A DNA stretch of 37,703 nucleotides from an uncultured Acidobacteriota bacterium. GTDB taxonomy: Bacteria; Acidobacteriota; Vicinamibacteria; Marinacidobacterales; SMYC01. Position 1 is the stretch's first letter; every line of letters starts with the position of its first letter. Positions 1 to 11,114 of the stretch are shown here, piece after piece. Position numbers and translations under genes: made by a program. The stretch lies in assembly GCA_964518945.1 (NCBI GenBank), contig CAZFLB010000019.1, positions 1 to 37,703 of the forward strand, in the 5' to 3' direction. The notes under the pieces were generated by a model. It was not told the DNA's origin. It saw nothing but the letters and a program-made list of their open reading frames with translations, and did no database searches.

Positions 1-1700
<1,700 letters not shown>

Positions 1701-1783
1701 AAAATTTACCAAGAGCAAAGTTTGTTCGACGCAGCTAGCGTATTTGTTATCCTAGGGTTGTCAGATATTCATTGTGTTTGAGT

Positions 1784-1903
<120 letters not shown>

Positions 1904-1918
1904 TGAATTTCAATCAAA

Positions 1919-1977
1919 GGCTCAGTTCGCCGATGAATAGGTATAAAATGTACCTATCGGTGGACTGAGCCTTTTTT
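1919..1977 (+). terminator. Rho-independent terminator of the rRNA operon
   Basis: The outer stem is GGCTCAGT (1919-1926) pairing with ACTGAGCC (1964-1971). An inner imperfect stem pairs CCGAT..ATAGGTA with TACCTATCGG. A T6 run (1972-1977) follows immediately. Confidence 0.75.
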
Positions 1978-2230
1978 AGTTGTTGGCTCAGTGTTCTACT
2001 TTTGCATTCTTGAATTTGGCGTTATTTTTGCTGACCTCTGTTATGATTTTGCTCCTGTGGAAATGCGAGATTGTCGGGGTTCTATTCACAAGGGCCGAAC
2101 TCCTGATCCAGTATTCGAAGTGCTGTTCAGGTTGTACGATTGCAATCTATTGACTTTTTCTGCTGAAGGTCTTGAAGTTTCAAAACTTAATCTTCGGGAC
2201 CATTTCTATATTTTTTTTGGAGGTTAAAGC

Positions 2231-4120
2231 ATGCAAAGAACACTTCTAACGGTTCTCCTGCTTTCAACTTCTGCTTCTGTGTTTGCACAAAATAATCTCC
2301 AAATTGTGGGGCCTTCCATTGTACTTGCGGGGGTTCCGTTCCAGTTGTCTGTGCAAGTTTTAGATGACAAAGGAAGAGTTGCTTCCGATTTTCAAGGTAC
2401 TCCTGAAATTTCGGGTCTGTCAAATGGAGACTTTGATGGTTTTGTTATAAGTGATGCAGTCGTTGACACTATTGGAGAGCACCAAGTTAAGGCTACTTTA
2501 GGTGGGATCGAAACTGAATTTGACTTGAGAGCGATTCCTGGCATTTTCAGTATTCTTCCACCGTTACTTGCTATTGGTTTAGCGCTGATGTTTCGTCAAG
2601 TTGTGATTTCTTTGTTTGCCGGCATTTGGCTTGCTGGTACTTTCATCAATGATTACAACATTATTGCTGGTTTTTTCTCCGTGTTAACGCACTTTGTGAT
2701 TGATGCTGTCACGACGAAGAACCAGGCACAGATTGTGGTTTTCAGTCTATTGTTCGGCGGAATGGTAGGAGTAATTACTCGCAACGGTGGTACGCGCGGG
2801 ATAGCAGAACTCATAACGCGATATGCAAAAAATGCTCAGCGAGCGCAGTTATCAACGATGTTTATGTCTGTGGTGATTTTCTTTGACGACTACGCGAATG
2901 TGTTGGTGCGAGGAAATCTTATGCGGCCGATTACTGACAAGCTGCTTGTATCGAGAGAAAAGCTCGCATTCCTCGTTGATACTGGGGCCGCTGCTGTAGC
3001 GAGCACCTTTTTTGTTTCAACATGGATTGGCTATGAGGTTAGTCTAATAGATCAAGGTCTTCAGATTATAGGCTCGGAACACGATGCGTACACGATGTTT
3101 GTCCGTACGATTCCCTATCGCTTCTATCCGTTACTAGTACTTGCGTTTGCGTTTGCAATTGGATTGACAGGCCGCGATTTCGGTCCAATGTTGAAAGCCG
3201 AACGACGTGCGCGTATCAAAGGAAAGGTGTTGCGGGATGGATCTGAACCAGCGACTGAGACATTAGATGATCCGTCGTACTCTGATCGCCCGGCGAGTTG
3301 GGTAAACGGTTTAGCTCCGATAATGACGACACTAATTGTTGGGCTCGTCGGTTTCTACCTGACAGGGAAGCGTTCTCTAGCAGTAGAGGAGCCCGTGACG
3401 TTGAGTAACATTGTAAATAATGCGGAGTCTTATGTTTCTCTTTTGTGGGCTTCTCTCTCGGGCTGTCTTGTCGCGCTGGTATTGGCTGTCGTAAAACGCA
3501 TCTTGACCTTTAATGAAGCTTTTGAAGCATGGATACAAGGAGTGAAGGCAATGCTGACAGCAGTAATTATCTTGATTCTTTCGTGGTCAATTGGTTCGGC
3601 AACGATAGAACTACATGCTGCTGATTATTTGGTACAGATTCTACAAGGTGCCCTAAGCCCAGCCTGGCTTCCGTCTCTCACCTTCATTCTTGCAGGGGCG
3701 ATGGCCTTTTCAACAGGCTCTAGCTGGGCTACGATGGCGATAATGATGCCACTGGTCATACCACTTTCGAATGCTTTGAGTTTAGGTGCTGGTTTGGGAG
3801 TGGAGCGAATAGATGTGATCCTTATGGGTGTTATCAGTGGAGTGTTAGCTGGCTCGGTGTTCGGTGACCATTGTTCTCCGATTTCTGATACAACGATCCT
3901 AAGTTCCATGGCTTCTGGATCTGACCATATCGATCACGTACGAACACAGCTCCCATATGCTGTTGTTGTTGCTGTTGTTGGCATTGTGCTAGGTAGTATT
4001 CCTGCAGCATATGGCTTCTCACCGTGGCTCTCGCTTGTAATAGGGTTTCTTGTGTTGCTTGGAATTTTGTACGTTTATGGCGAGCCGGTTACTAACCCTC
4101 AGAAAGGGGGCAACTGTTGA
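2231..4120 (+). CDS. NhaC-type (COG1757-like) Na+/H+ antiporter family membrane protein with an N-terminal extracytoplasmic domain
   Basis: GGAGG at 2219-2223 sits 7 nt before the ATG. There is a signal peptide (MQRTLLTVLLLSTSASVFAQ). A ~100-aa soluble beta-rich segment is followed by many hydrophobic helices. The C-terminal motif GDHCSPISDTTILSS is recalled from NhaC-family antiporters. Substrate is unknown. Confidence 0.65.
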   Translation: MQRTLLTVLLLSTSASVFAQNNLQIVGPSIVLAGVPFQLSVQVLDDKGRVASDFQGTPEISGLSNGDFDGFVISDAVVDTIGEHQVKATLGGIETEFDLRAIPGIFSILPPLLAIGLALMFRQVVISLFAGIWLAGTFINDYNIIAGFFSVLTHFVIDAVTTKNQAQIVVFSLLFGGMVGVITRNGGTRGIAELITRYAKNAQRAQLSTMFMSVVIFFDDYANVLVRGNLMRPITDKLLVSREKLAFLVDTGAAAVASTFFVSTWIGYEVSLIDQGLQIIGSEHDAYTMFVRTIPYRFYPLLVLAFAFAIGLTGRDFGPMLKAERRARIKGKVLRDGSEPATETLDDPSYSDRPASWVNGLAPIMTTLIVGLVGFYLTGKRSLAVEEPVTLSNIVNNAESYVSLLWASLSGCLVALVLAVVKRILTFNEAFEAWIQGVKAMLTAVIILILSWSIGSATIELHAADYLVQILQGALSPAWLPSLTFILAGAMAFSTGSSWATMAIMMPLVIPLSNALSLGAGLGVERIDVILMGVISGVLAGSVFGDHCSPISDTTILSSMASGSDHIDHVRTQLPYAVVVAVVGIVLGSIPAAYGFSPWLSLVIGFLVLLGILYVYGEPVTNPQKGGNC

Positions 4121-5118
4121 AGACAACGCGTTTGGGCACTACAGGGCTGGAAGTATCCCGGTTGTGTCTTGGTTGTATGTCCTATGGAGATCCGGGCTGG
4201 CGTCCTTGGATCTTGAGCGAGGACAAAGCCCGAGAACACTTCAAGCGGGCATTTGAACTAGGATTCAACTTTTTTGACACTGCAGATATGTATTCAAAAG
4301 GAGTGAGTGAGGAGATTACTGGAAAACTTTTGAAAGAGTTTGCGGAACGTGAGGATTATGTGCTTGCGACCAAGTGTTTCTATCCTCTAACAGAGGGACC
4401 TAATCGTAAAGGGTTATCGCGGAAGCATATCCTTGCTGCTTGTGATGATTCTCTTCGAAGACTCGGCCACGATTATATTGATCTTTATCAAATTCACCGA
4501 CTGGATCATGAAACTCCAATGGAGGAGGTGCTTGAAGCACTCAACAGTCTGGTTGTTGCCGGAAAAGTACGCTATCTCGGTGCAAGTAGTATGGCAGCTT
4601 GGGAATTTTCGAAAATGTTATTTCTCTCAGATATAAATGGCTTCCATCGGTTCGCAACAATGCAGAATCATTTCAACCTCGTGTACCGGGAGGAAGAACG
4701 TGAAATGATTCCACTGTGTCTTGATCAGGGAGTGGGACTCATTCCGTGGAGCCCACTCGCCCGTGGCTTTCTTGCAGGCAACCGTTACCGTGATCGCAAG
4801 GGTGACACTGATCGAGGAAAAAATGACCCTTTTGCGGATGACATGTATTACTCTGATGAGGATTTTAATGTCGTCGACGCCTTGGTAGAAGTAGCAAACG
4901 AGCTTGGAAAGAAGCCAGCTCAAGTTGCGCTTGCTTGGGTTCTTTCTGTCCCAGGAGTTGATTCCCCGATCATAGGTTCAACTAAAATCCAACAACTGGA
5001 AGAGCTTGTAGAAGCAGTAGATCTCGAACTGGATGAAGAACTAATTAAACGTTTAGAGAAGCCCTATCGGACTCACCCAGTTGCAGGCCATAACCAACGG
5101 GGTCCACGTGACCTGTGA
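4117..5118 (+). CDS. Aldo/keto reductase family oxidoreductase
   Basis: The TTG start overlaps the upstream TGA (TTGA at 4117-4120). AAAGGGGG at 4103-4110 serves as the RBS. AKR hallmarks are present: LGTTGLEVSRLCLGCMSYG, FFDTADMYS (Asp/Tyr), LATK (Lys) and YQIHRLD (His). Confidence 0.85.
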   Translation: MKTTRLGTTGLEVSRLCLGCMSYGDPGWRPWILSEDKAREHFKRAFELGFNFFDTADMYSKGVSEEITGKLLKEFAEREDYVLATKCFYPLTEGPNRKGLSRKHILAACDDSLRRLGHDYIDLYQIHRLDHETPMEEVLEALNSLVVAGKVRYLGASSMAAWEFSKMLFLSDINGFHRFATMQNHFNLVYREEEREMIPLCLDQGVGLIPWSPLARGFLAGNRYRDRKGDTDRGKNDPFADDMYYSDEDFNVVDALVEVANELGKKPAQVALAWVLSVPGVDSPIIGSTKIQQLEELVEAVDLELDEELIKRLEKPYRTHPVAGHNQRGPRDL

Positions 5119-5168
5119 GCATCGTTTACGAGGTGTTTTTGAATGTGTCTTGCTTTTAAACTGTTGTC

Positions 5169-6932
5169 TTAACAGCCAACGCAGTTGTGGTTATTTTTTG
5201 AGCCGAGGTTTTCAAGAAGAGCTATCGTTTCTGGAAAAGGGCTCACTCGCTGTACAGGGCCGTTTGCCATATCTACTGTAGTTTGTCCGGTTCGGCTAAC
5301 TGCAGTTACGTTGGATCCTTTTGCGACAAGGTAGTGAATAAGTTCGTTGTCGCCTCTAGCAGCGGCATGGTGGACTGGCGTGTAACCATTGTGATCTCGC
5401 TCGTTGACGTTTGCTCCAAGCTCCTCTACGAGAAATTTTACTGCGGGAAGCCATCCCTCGGGGTCGTGGCGGTGTGAGTTTCCAGCGAACCCCTGTCCAT
5501 GGCCGACACCAGAAGCGGCGTGAATTGGATAAACAGCCGGACCGCCCATTGGCACCGGAGGTAGTCCAGAGTGATCTTTGTCGTCACCATCTCGACGACG
5601 ACGTCGCTCTGGAACTCTTGTCGTTGGAGTGTGTGGGTTAGCACCATACTTAAGAAGTAACCGCATGGCCTTAATATCGAGAGCGTGAGCAGCACGCCAA
5701 AATGGTGTTGCTCCTGCACGGTTCACCCCAAGCAGATCACGGTTATAAGTTGTGTACCATAATGTTTTTTCCAGGCGTGCATTGGGGTTGACTCCAGCTT
5801 CAAGTAGTTTTTCCATCACTTCAAGATAAGTGATCTTCTGCTGTTGGTAGTTTACTGGTTGAGGATGCCGTGCTTTTGGTGCCCAGTGCATATTCAAAGC
5901 GGCATACAGAGGAGTTGCTCCAGCAGAGCTAGCGATTTCAGGGTTAGCTCCCAACTCGAAAAGTTTCATCGCTAGATCGAAATATCCATTGATCATAGCA
6001 ATTAACATGGGGCTTGTGTTGTCAGCTGCGCTTGTTTGGTTGATATCGGCTCCACCTCGAATAAGTGCGACAGAAGATTCTACGTGTCCTTCGCGAGCCG
6101 CAAGGAGAAGTGGCGTAAGCCCACCATGAGTTCCTACAAGACCAGCAAAATTAAGGGGCACGGGTTCTCCACCGCGGAGTTCTGCTTCTTCTCGTTCTTT
6201 TTGCCGCTCACGTTCTTCGTTTATTGTTACGGCGCTATCCAATTCTGATTTAGAGGGATTCTTTTCGTTTAGTCGCGCTTCTGCACGTATGGCAGCGATA
6301 CGCTCGTTTCTGCTGCGGCGTTCTGCTTGGTCGATTTTGTTGCGTTTAACGACATCGATTACAAGAGCTGTAATTCGTGGGTCGGCTCCGCGTTCGAGGA
6401 GTATATTTACAGCTTCAGTTCTACCTGCTGCTGCAGCAAACATTAGAGGGGTTTGACCCCACTGCGGCTCCTTTGAATCTAGAGAAGCGCCATGTTCAAG
6501 AAGGAGGGCGATGGACTCGGGGTTGCCCGAGGAAGCAGCAAAGTGTAACGGTGTAGCGCCCGTTGTTGTAAGGGCATTGACGTTGCTCCCAGCTAGAAGC
6601 AATTCTTTAATTGCTTTAGCACTACCAAATTTGCTTGCAACATGGAGAGGTGTGTGTGCACCTATCCGAGTCACGGCACTGGTTGAACCACCTGCTGCGA
6701 CCAAAAGGGCAATGATTTCATCGTGGTTGTTTTTGGCAGACCAGTGGAGTCCTGTCATGCCATCGGCGTGTGCTGTATTTGATTCAGCACCAAGTGCAAG
6801 GAGCTCTTGAATCTTGGCTATATCGCCATGCATGGAAGCATCAACGATAGACTCAGACAACTCTGCAGATGATGAAGATACAATCCGAAGAAAGATGGCT
6901 AGCCCAAGAATTGCTGTTGTTAGATAACGCAT
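5169..6932 (-). CDS. Secreted ankyrin-repeat protein, module A component 3
   Basis: It has a signal peptide (MRYLTTAILGLAIFLRIVSSSSAE). There are multiple ANK repeats, e.g. DGMTGLHWSAKNNHDEIIALLVAAG and TGATPLHFAASSGNPESIALLLEHGA. A charged low-complexity insert follows, then a conserved distal region. The protein ends ...GSKNNHNCVGC. An AAGGAAG RBS lies between the upstream stop (6943) and the ATG (6932). Confidence 0.85.
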   Translation of the reverse strand: MRYLTTAILGLAIFLRIVSSSSAELSESIVDASMHGDIAKIQELLALGAESNTAHADGMTGLHWSAKNNHDEIIALLVAAGGSTSAVTRIGAHTPLHVASKFGSAKAIKELLLAGSNVNALTTTGATPLHFAASSGNPESIALLLEHGASLDSKEPQWGQTPLMFAAAAGRTEAVNILLERGADPRITALVIDVVKRNKIDQAERRSRNERIAAIRAEARLNEKNPSKSELDSAVTINEERERQKEREEAELRGGEPVPLNFAGLVGTHGGLTPLLLAAREGHVESSVALIRGGADINQTSAADNTSPMLIAMINGYFDLAMKLFELGANPEIASSAGATPLYAALNMHWAPKARHPQPVNYQQQKITYLEVMEKLLEAGVNPNARLEKTLWYTTYNRDLLGVNRAGATPFWRAAHALDIKAMRLLLKYGANPHTPTTRVPERRRRRDGDDKDHSGLPPVPMGGPAVYPIHAASGVGHGQGFAGNSHRHDPEGWLPAVKFLVEELGANVNERDHNGYTPVHHAAARGDNELIHYLVAKGSNVTAVSRTGQTTVDMANGPVQRVSPFPETIALLENLGSKNNHNCVGC

Positions 6933-6942
6933 GATGCTTCCT

Positions 6943-8337
6943 TCAGCTCTTCAGTGAAAAAGCCTCAGTGCTATCACCGAACGCAGTCATATCTTCGAAG
7001 CCTAATTGATGTAAGAGAGTCAACATAACGTTGGCCATTGGGGTTCCTGGTTTAGCGCGGTAGTGAATTCCGCCTTTGTGCTTACCATTTGCTCCGCCTA
7101 CTACTAATAGAGGACATCTCTTATGATTATGGACATGCGGATCTCCCATTGGCGAACCGTAGATAACCATTGTCTTATCCAAAAGCGTTGTACCTGCTTC
7201 TTCGATGTCTTTCAGTTTCGATAAGAAATATGGAATAAGGCTAGCGTGGTATCGATTGATACGAAAGAATTCCTCGATGTTTTTTTCCTTGTCACCATGG
7301 TGTGAGGCTGGATGAAAACCGTTGTCGACTCCACTGAGAGGATAAACACGACTAGAGGCATCACGTCCCATTTTAAAAGAGAACACGCGAGTGATATCTG
7401 CTTCAAAAGCAAGAGCTTGAAGATCAAACATTAGCTTGACGTGTTCATCAAAGGAGTCGGGAACGCCTGCCGGTGCTTCGGGTAATTCGCGCGTCTCGTC
7501 GCTTTTGTTGCGTTCCACTACTTTTTGGATACGGCGCTCGATTTCCCTTACGTTTGTGAGGTAACGCTCCATGCGCCTCTTGTCAACAGCGTCTAATTCT
7601 CCTTGGAGTGTTTTAACTTCACCGATGACAAAGTCTAGAATGCTTCTCCTTGTTTTCCTCCTGACTTCTCGTTCTTCTTTGGTGCCACCAGCTCCAAACA
7701 TGAGATCGAAAGCCACACGCGGATCTCGAATCATGGGAAGTGGTTCGGTTGGTGATGACCAGCTTAGCGTGTCTGTATAGACACACGAATAACCATAGGC
7801 GCAGCCCCCTGCCTGGTCGACATTTTCGATGCAAAGTTGCATCGAGGGTATGGGGGTCTCTTGACCAAATTGTTGTGCGTACATTTGATCAAGCGATGTA
7901 CCTACAAACACGTCGGAACTTTCTGTTTGCTTTGGGTGCTCTTGGGTGAGAAAGACCGAACTTGACCGGAAGTGGTCACCCCCAATCTCTTTTGGTATTA
8001 CAGCTTCAGCATTTGCAACGTCTGTATCGCTTACAATCGTAAGTTGATTTTTGAATGGAGTAAGTGAACTTAAAGCGGTTGGTGACAGATCAAATTCGTT
8101 ACCTTCTGATGCAGGGGACCAGTAATTTTGTGTGGCGCCCCATTTTGTACTTCCTGCCGCGCCGTGAACGATCTCAATGGCTACCAAACGAGTTGGGTCA
8201 GTATCCTGGTTGGATCTTGTGCCGTGTAAAGTTTTGTGTTTTGGAACCAAAGATTCAAGGAAAGGTAGCGCAAGTGTTGCTGAAGCGCTCCGAAGAAATC
8301 TCCGCCGATGCAAGTTTTCCTTACGTATCAGACCCAT
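6943..8337 (-). CDS. Tat-exported DUF1552 (Pfam 'HXXSHH') family protein, module A component 2
   Basis: The twin-arginine leader is LHRRRFLRSASATLALPFLES. The family-defining HxxSHH is present as FHPASHHGD. His-rich GDPHVHNHKRCPLLVVGG lies near the C-terminus. An AAGGGGAG RBS lies ~9 nt upstream, and the gene starts 28 nt after the upstream gene's stop. Confidence 0.85.
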   Translation of the reverse strand: MGLIRKENLHRRRFLRSASATLALPFLESLVPKHKTLHGTRSNQDTDPTRLVAIEIVHGAAGSTKWGATQNYWSPASEGNEFDLSPTALSSLTPFKNQLTIVSDTDVANAEAVIPKEIGGDHFRSSSVFLTQEHPKQTESSDVFVGTSLDQMYAQQFGQETPIPSMQLCIENVDQAGGCAYGYSCVYTDTLSWSSPTEPLPMIRDPRVAFDLMFGAGGTKEEREVRRKTRRSILDFVIGEVKTLQGELDAVDKRRMERYLTNVREIERRIQKVVERNKSDETRELPEAPAGVPDSFDEHVKLMFDLQALAFEADITRVFSFKMGRDASSRVYPLSGVDNGFHPASHHGDKEKNIEEFFRINRYHASLIPYFLSKLKDIEEAGTTLLDKTMVIYGSPMGDPHVHNHKRCPLLVVGGANGKHKGGIHYRAKPGTPMANVMLTLLHQLGFEDMTAFGDSTEAFSLKS

Positions 8338-8365
8338 TGGCTTATTCTCCCCTTTGTCGCCTATA

Positions 8366-10810
8366 TTATTGACTATTTGACATTCTTGGAGCTACTGTCT
8401 TCATTTGAAATGCTGCACTTCGCACAACACCTAAAATAAATGAAGACAAGCGATTCTCGTTTAGTATAGCGTCACGTTCTATTCGGCGGATTGCAGGCAT
8501 ATCATAATACTCCATCCTCCGTCCGATTCCATAGGCCATCAGGTTTTCTGTAAACGTGCGGATAAAAGAGGCCGAACGGTTTAAAAGAGCATCCCGCAGA
8601 TCTGAAGGTCCTGTTAGTGCTGTTCCATCGTAGAGCTCCCCGGTGGCATCGATGACTACATCTCGATCTCTGATTCGCCACGCTCCGGTTGCATCGAAAT
8701 TTTCAAGGGCAAGACCTAGAGGGTCTATCGTCTGATGACATGAGTTGCAACCGGGGTCAGCACGATGGAGTTCCATTTGCTCGCGAACCGACAACAGTCT
8801 TCCCTCGGTGGATTCGCCAGCATCCTCGAGCTCTGGTATTCCAGGTGGTGGAGGAGGTGGTGGAGACCCAAGAAATACCTCCATAATCCACTTTCCGCGC
8901 AAAACAGGTGATGTTCGGCTGGCATGGGAGGTCAGTGTCAAAATGCTGCCGTGGCCTAGTAATCCAGTCCGCTCGGTTCCACCGTCATATTGCACTCGCC
9001 GGAAATTATTTCCGCGGACACCAGAGATACGGTAATGCGTAGCAAGTCTTTCATCGATAAATGTGTAGTCAGCAGTAAGGAGTTCAAGGATATTACGATC
9101 TTCGCGCACTAAGTTCTCGAAAAACAGTTCTGTTTCACGTCGCATCGATTCTTTCAGTTGGTCATGAAAATTTGGGTAGGTGCGCACATTTGGATGCATC
9201 CTATTGAGATCCTGAAGTCGTAACCATTGCCCGGCGAATCGAGAAGAAAGTGCTGTTGCGCGAGGGTCCTCTAGCAATCGACGTGCTTGTTTCTCGAGTA
9301 CCTTAGGGTTTGAGAGTTCGCCACTTTCAGCAATTACTAGAAGCTCTTGATCTGGAATTGTACCCCAGAGAAAAAACGAGAGACGAGAGGCAAGATCTAT
9401 ATCATTGAGACGATAGGTTTTTTTATTAGGGTTCTGGTTTTCAGGTGGCTTCTCGAATCGAAAAACAAAGTTTGGACTAGCAAGGATTCCTTCGAGAGCT
9501 GTGCGGACTCCTGAATCAAAACCTTCGTCTGCAAATCCCGTTTCGTAGAGATCCAGAAGAGCTTGAAGTTCATCCGAAGCAAGGGGTCGACGGTATGCCT
9601 TTGTGGCGAGTTGAGAGATAATTTCTTTAGCACAAGGCACTTCTTCGGCTACCGATTTAGGGTTGCAAGTAAAAGTTGCGTGCCTCTCCGGCATTTCAGA
9701 AACTCCAGAAACATTATAGGGTCCGGTTATAGCTAGGTCTCTCAGGTGGGGAAGGCTTGTCATGCCATACATATCTGCAATGCTTGTGCTGGCGATAGAC
9801 CAATCGTGTGGAGCTATTAAATCTTGTACTGGACCTTCGAGTTTTCGAATGAAGGCGGCTGTGACACGGTGGTGACCAGATCTTACGAACAAAGGATCCG
9901 TTCTAATGTTGACACCGTTTGGGTCAGAGGCATGCATCCACCGATCTATATTAAAGATAGCTTTTTGCTCCCCATTGATGGAAATTTCGATTTGTTCTGG
10001 GTTTTCGATGGTGTGAAGCGCTGCTGGAGCACTTCCGTGTAACTGCCCGGTTGTTTCGTGATGAAAAGAGACACGAAAGGTATATTCTCCATCTGCAGGA
10101 AAGAAATGGACTTGTGACACGCCTCCTCGAGTGCCGTAAGGAGCTCCGTCAACTTGTTCTGTTTGTGAGCCCCAACGTGCGACCTTGTAAGTAGTTTCGC
10201 GAGGTGTAGCGTTTTTGTCGCCGATGACCAACCTTGTAACTGCACTAGCTGCTCTCAAATACCCTTCCATTAAGGTTGCCGAAAGCATTTGGACATCGGC
10301 GATGTTATCGAAATTAGCACTTTTTGTATCGAGTGGAAGAAAATCTCCTGCATCGACCTTGATCCCTAATAGGTCTTGAATCGCATTTTCGTACTCTGTC
10401 CGATTGAGACGCTGGAATGTCCTTCCCCCAGGGATTGGTTCATGCGTAGCATTTTCATCAAGTTTTGTTTCCAACTCGGAAGCAAGTCTGTCTAAAGCTT
10501 CTTCACTTGGCCTAGGAGCACCGGGCGGTGGCATCATGCCTGCACGTAGCTTGCGAATCATCTTCTCACTAATCGTGGCGTTTTCGACAGCTTTATCCAC
10601 TGTGAAATTGTCTAAGGACATGTTACCGATGAGAATTGCGTCGTTGTGACACTGTTTACAACTTTCTTCGACGATTGACTGAGTGTCAAGGAGGGGTCCA
10701 TCTAGTTGGTTTGTGTGGGCTGATATTAAAGAGGCAAATCCTATACAAAAAATTGTACAAAAACTGGGCAGTGTGATGAGTTTTTGTCGCAAATTTATTG
10801 TTCCTTGCAT
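8366..10810 (-). CDS. PSD-type multidomain protein (DUF1587/DUF1592/DUF1595/DUF1588/DUF1585) with two CxxCH haem-c motifs, module A component 1
   Basis: It has a signal peptide. The N-terminal motif is CKQCH followed by KLRAGMMPP. Family strings are present: FQRLNRTEYENAIQDLLGI, ASPNFVFRFE, LASRLSFFLWGTIPDQELL, FAGQWLRLQDL and RTSPVLRGKWIMEVFLGSPPPPPPPGIPELE. The second motif is CNSCHQTIDPLGLALENFDATGAWR. Confidence 0.85.
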   Translation of the reverse strand: MQGTINLRQKLITLPSFCTIFCIGFASLISAHTNQLDGPLLDTQSIVEESCKQCHNDAILIGNMSLDNFTVDKAVENATISEKMIRKLRAGMMPPPGAPRPSEEALDRLASELETKLDENATHEPIPGGRTFQRLNRTEYENAIQDLLGIKVDAGDFLPLDTKSANFDNIADVQMLSATLMEGYLRAASAVTRLVIGDKNATPRETTYKVARWGSQTEQVDGAPYGTRGGVSQVHFFPADGEYTFRVSFHHETTGQLHGSAPAALHTIENPEQIEISINGEQKAIFNIDRWMHASDPNGVNIRTDPLFVRSGHHRVTAAFIRKLEGPVQDLIAPHDWSIASTSIADMYGMTSLPHLRDLAITGPYNVSGVSEMPERHATFTCNPKSVAEEVPCAKEIISQLATKAYRRPLASDELQALLDLYETGFADEGFDSGVRTALEGILASPNFVFRFEKPPENQNPNKKTYRLNDIDLASRLSFFLWGTIPDQELLVIAESGELSNPKVLEKQARRLLEDPRATALSSRFAGQWLRLQDLNRMHPNVRTYPNFHDQLKESMRRETELFFENLVREDRNILELLTADYTFIDERLATHYRISGVRGNNFRRVQYDGGTERTGLLGHGSILTLTSHASRTSPVLRGKWIMEVFLGSPPPPPPPGIPELEDAGESTEGRLLSVREQMELHRADPGCNSCHQTIDPLGLALENFDATGAWRIRDRDVVIDATGELYDGTALTGPSDLRDALLNRSASFIRTFTENLMAYGIGRRMEYYDMPAIRRIERDAILNENRLSSFILGVVRSAAFQMKTVAPRMSNSQ

Positions 10811-11114
10811 CCGTTAAGCACTCCAAAAACCACTACAGGCGAAGGGGCTTACGATAGCATAACATTGCCTTGATTCGTCTTGCTATGTGTACAAGGTAAG
10901 TGTGGAATAGGTGTGTTGCATTCCTGTTTCTTCAGGTGCGTAGCCGTTCGTTAGAATTCTTGACGGAGCGCTTTTTAGTGGATCTTCGTAGTTGGCAAAA
11001 TGTGTACTCATCAAGAAATCTAGATAAGCGCATCGAGTTTGGAAAACAGCTAGAATTATGTTTATGGCCCTGAACTTCCTTGACCAACAAAACACTTAAA
11101 AACCCCTATTAGTT

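Noticed and set aside
1991-2227. 78-aa ORF in the 250-nt region between the rRNA terminator and the antiporter gene
   Set aside because: It has no Shine-Dalgarno sequence and an odd Cys/Phe-rich composition. It occupies what is more plausibly the promoter and 5' leader of the 2231 gene. A TTGACT at ~2149 has no acceptable -10 box at 16-18 nt, so no promoter was called either.
8745-9035. Antisense ORFs inside the large CDSs. Examples: 8745-9035 with a GGGGGGG run, 3625-3909, 23149-23466, 28315-28638, 32044-32337, 34214-34552, 35093-35452
   Set aside because: Each is the mirror image of a well-supported gene on the other strand. For example, the poly-Gly is the complement of the poly-Pro codons. 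They have no independent motifs or RBS.
10883-11095. 70-aa minus-strand ORF in the 304-nt intergenic region between module A and the DUF819 gene
   Set aside because: It has no RBS, no recognisable motif and no signal or TM character. The region is more likely to hold the divergent promoters. This cannot be excluded without expression data.
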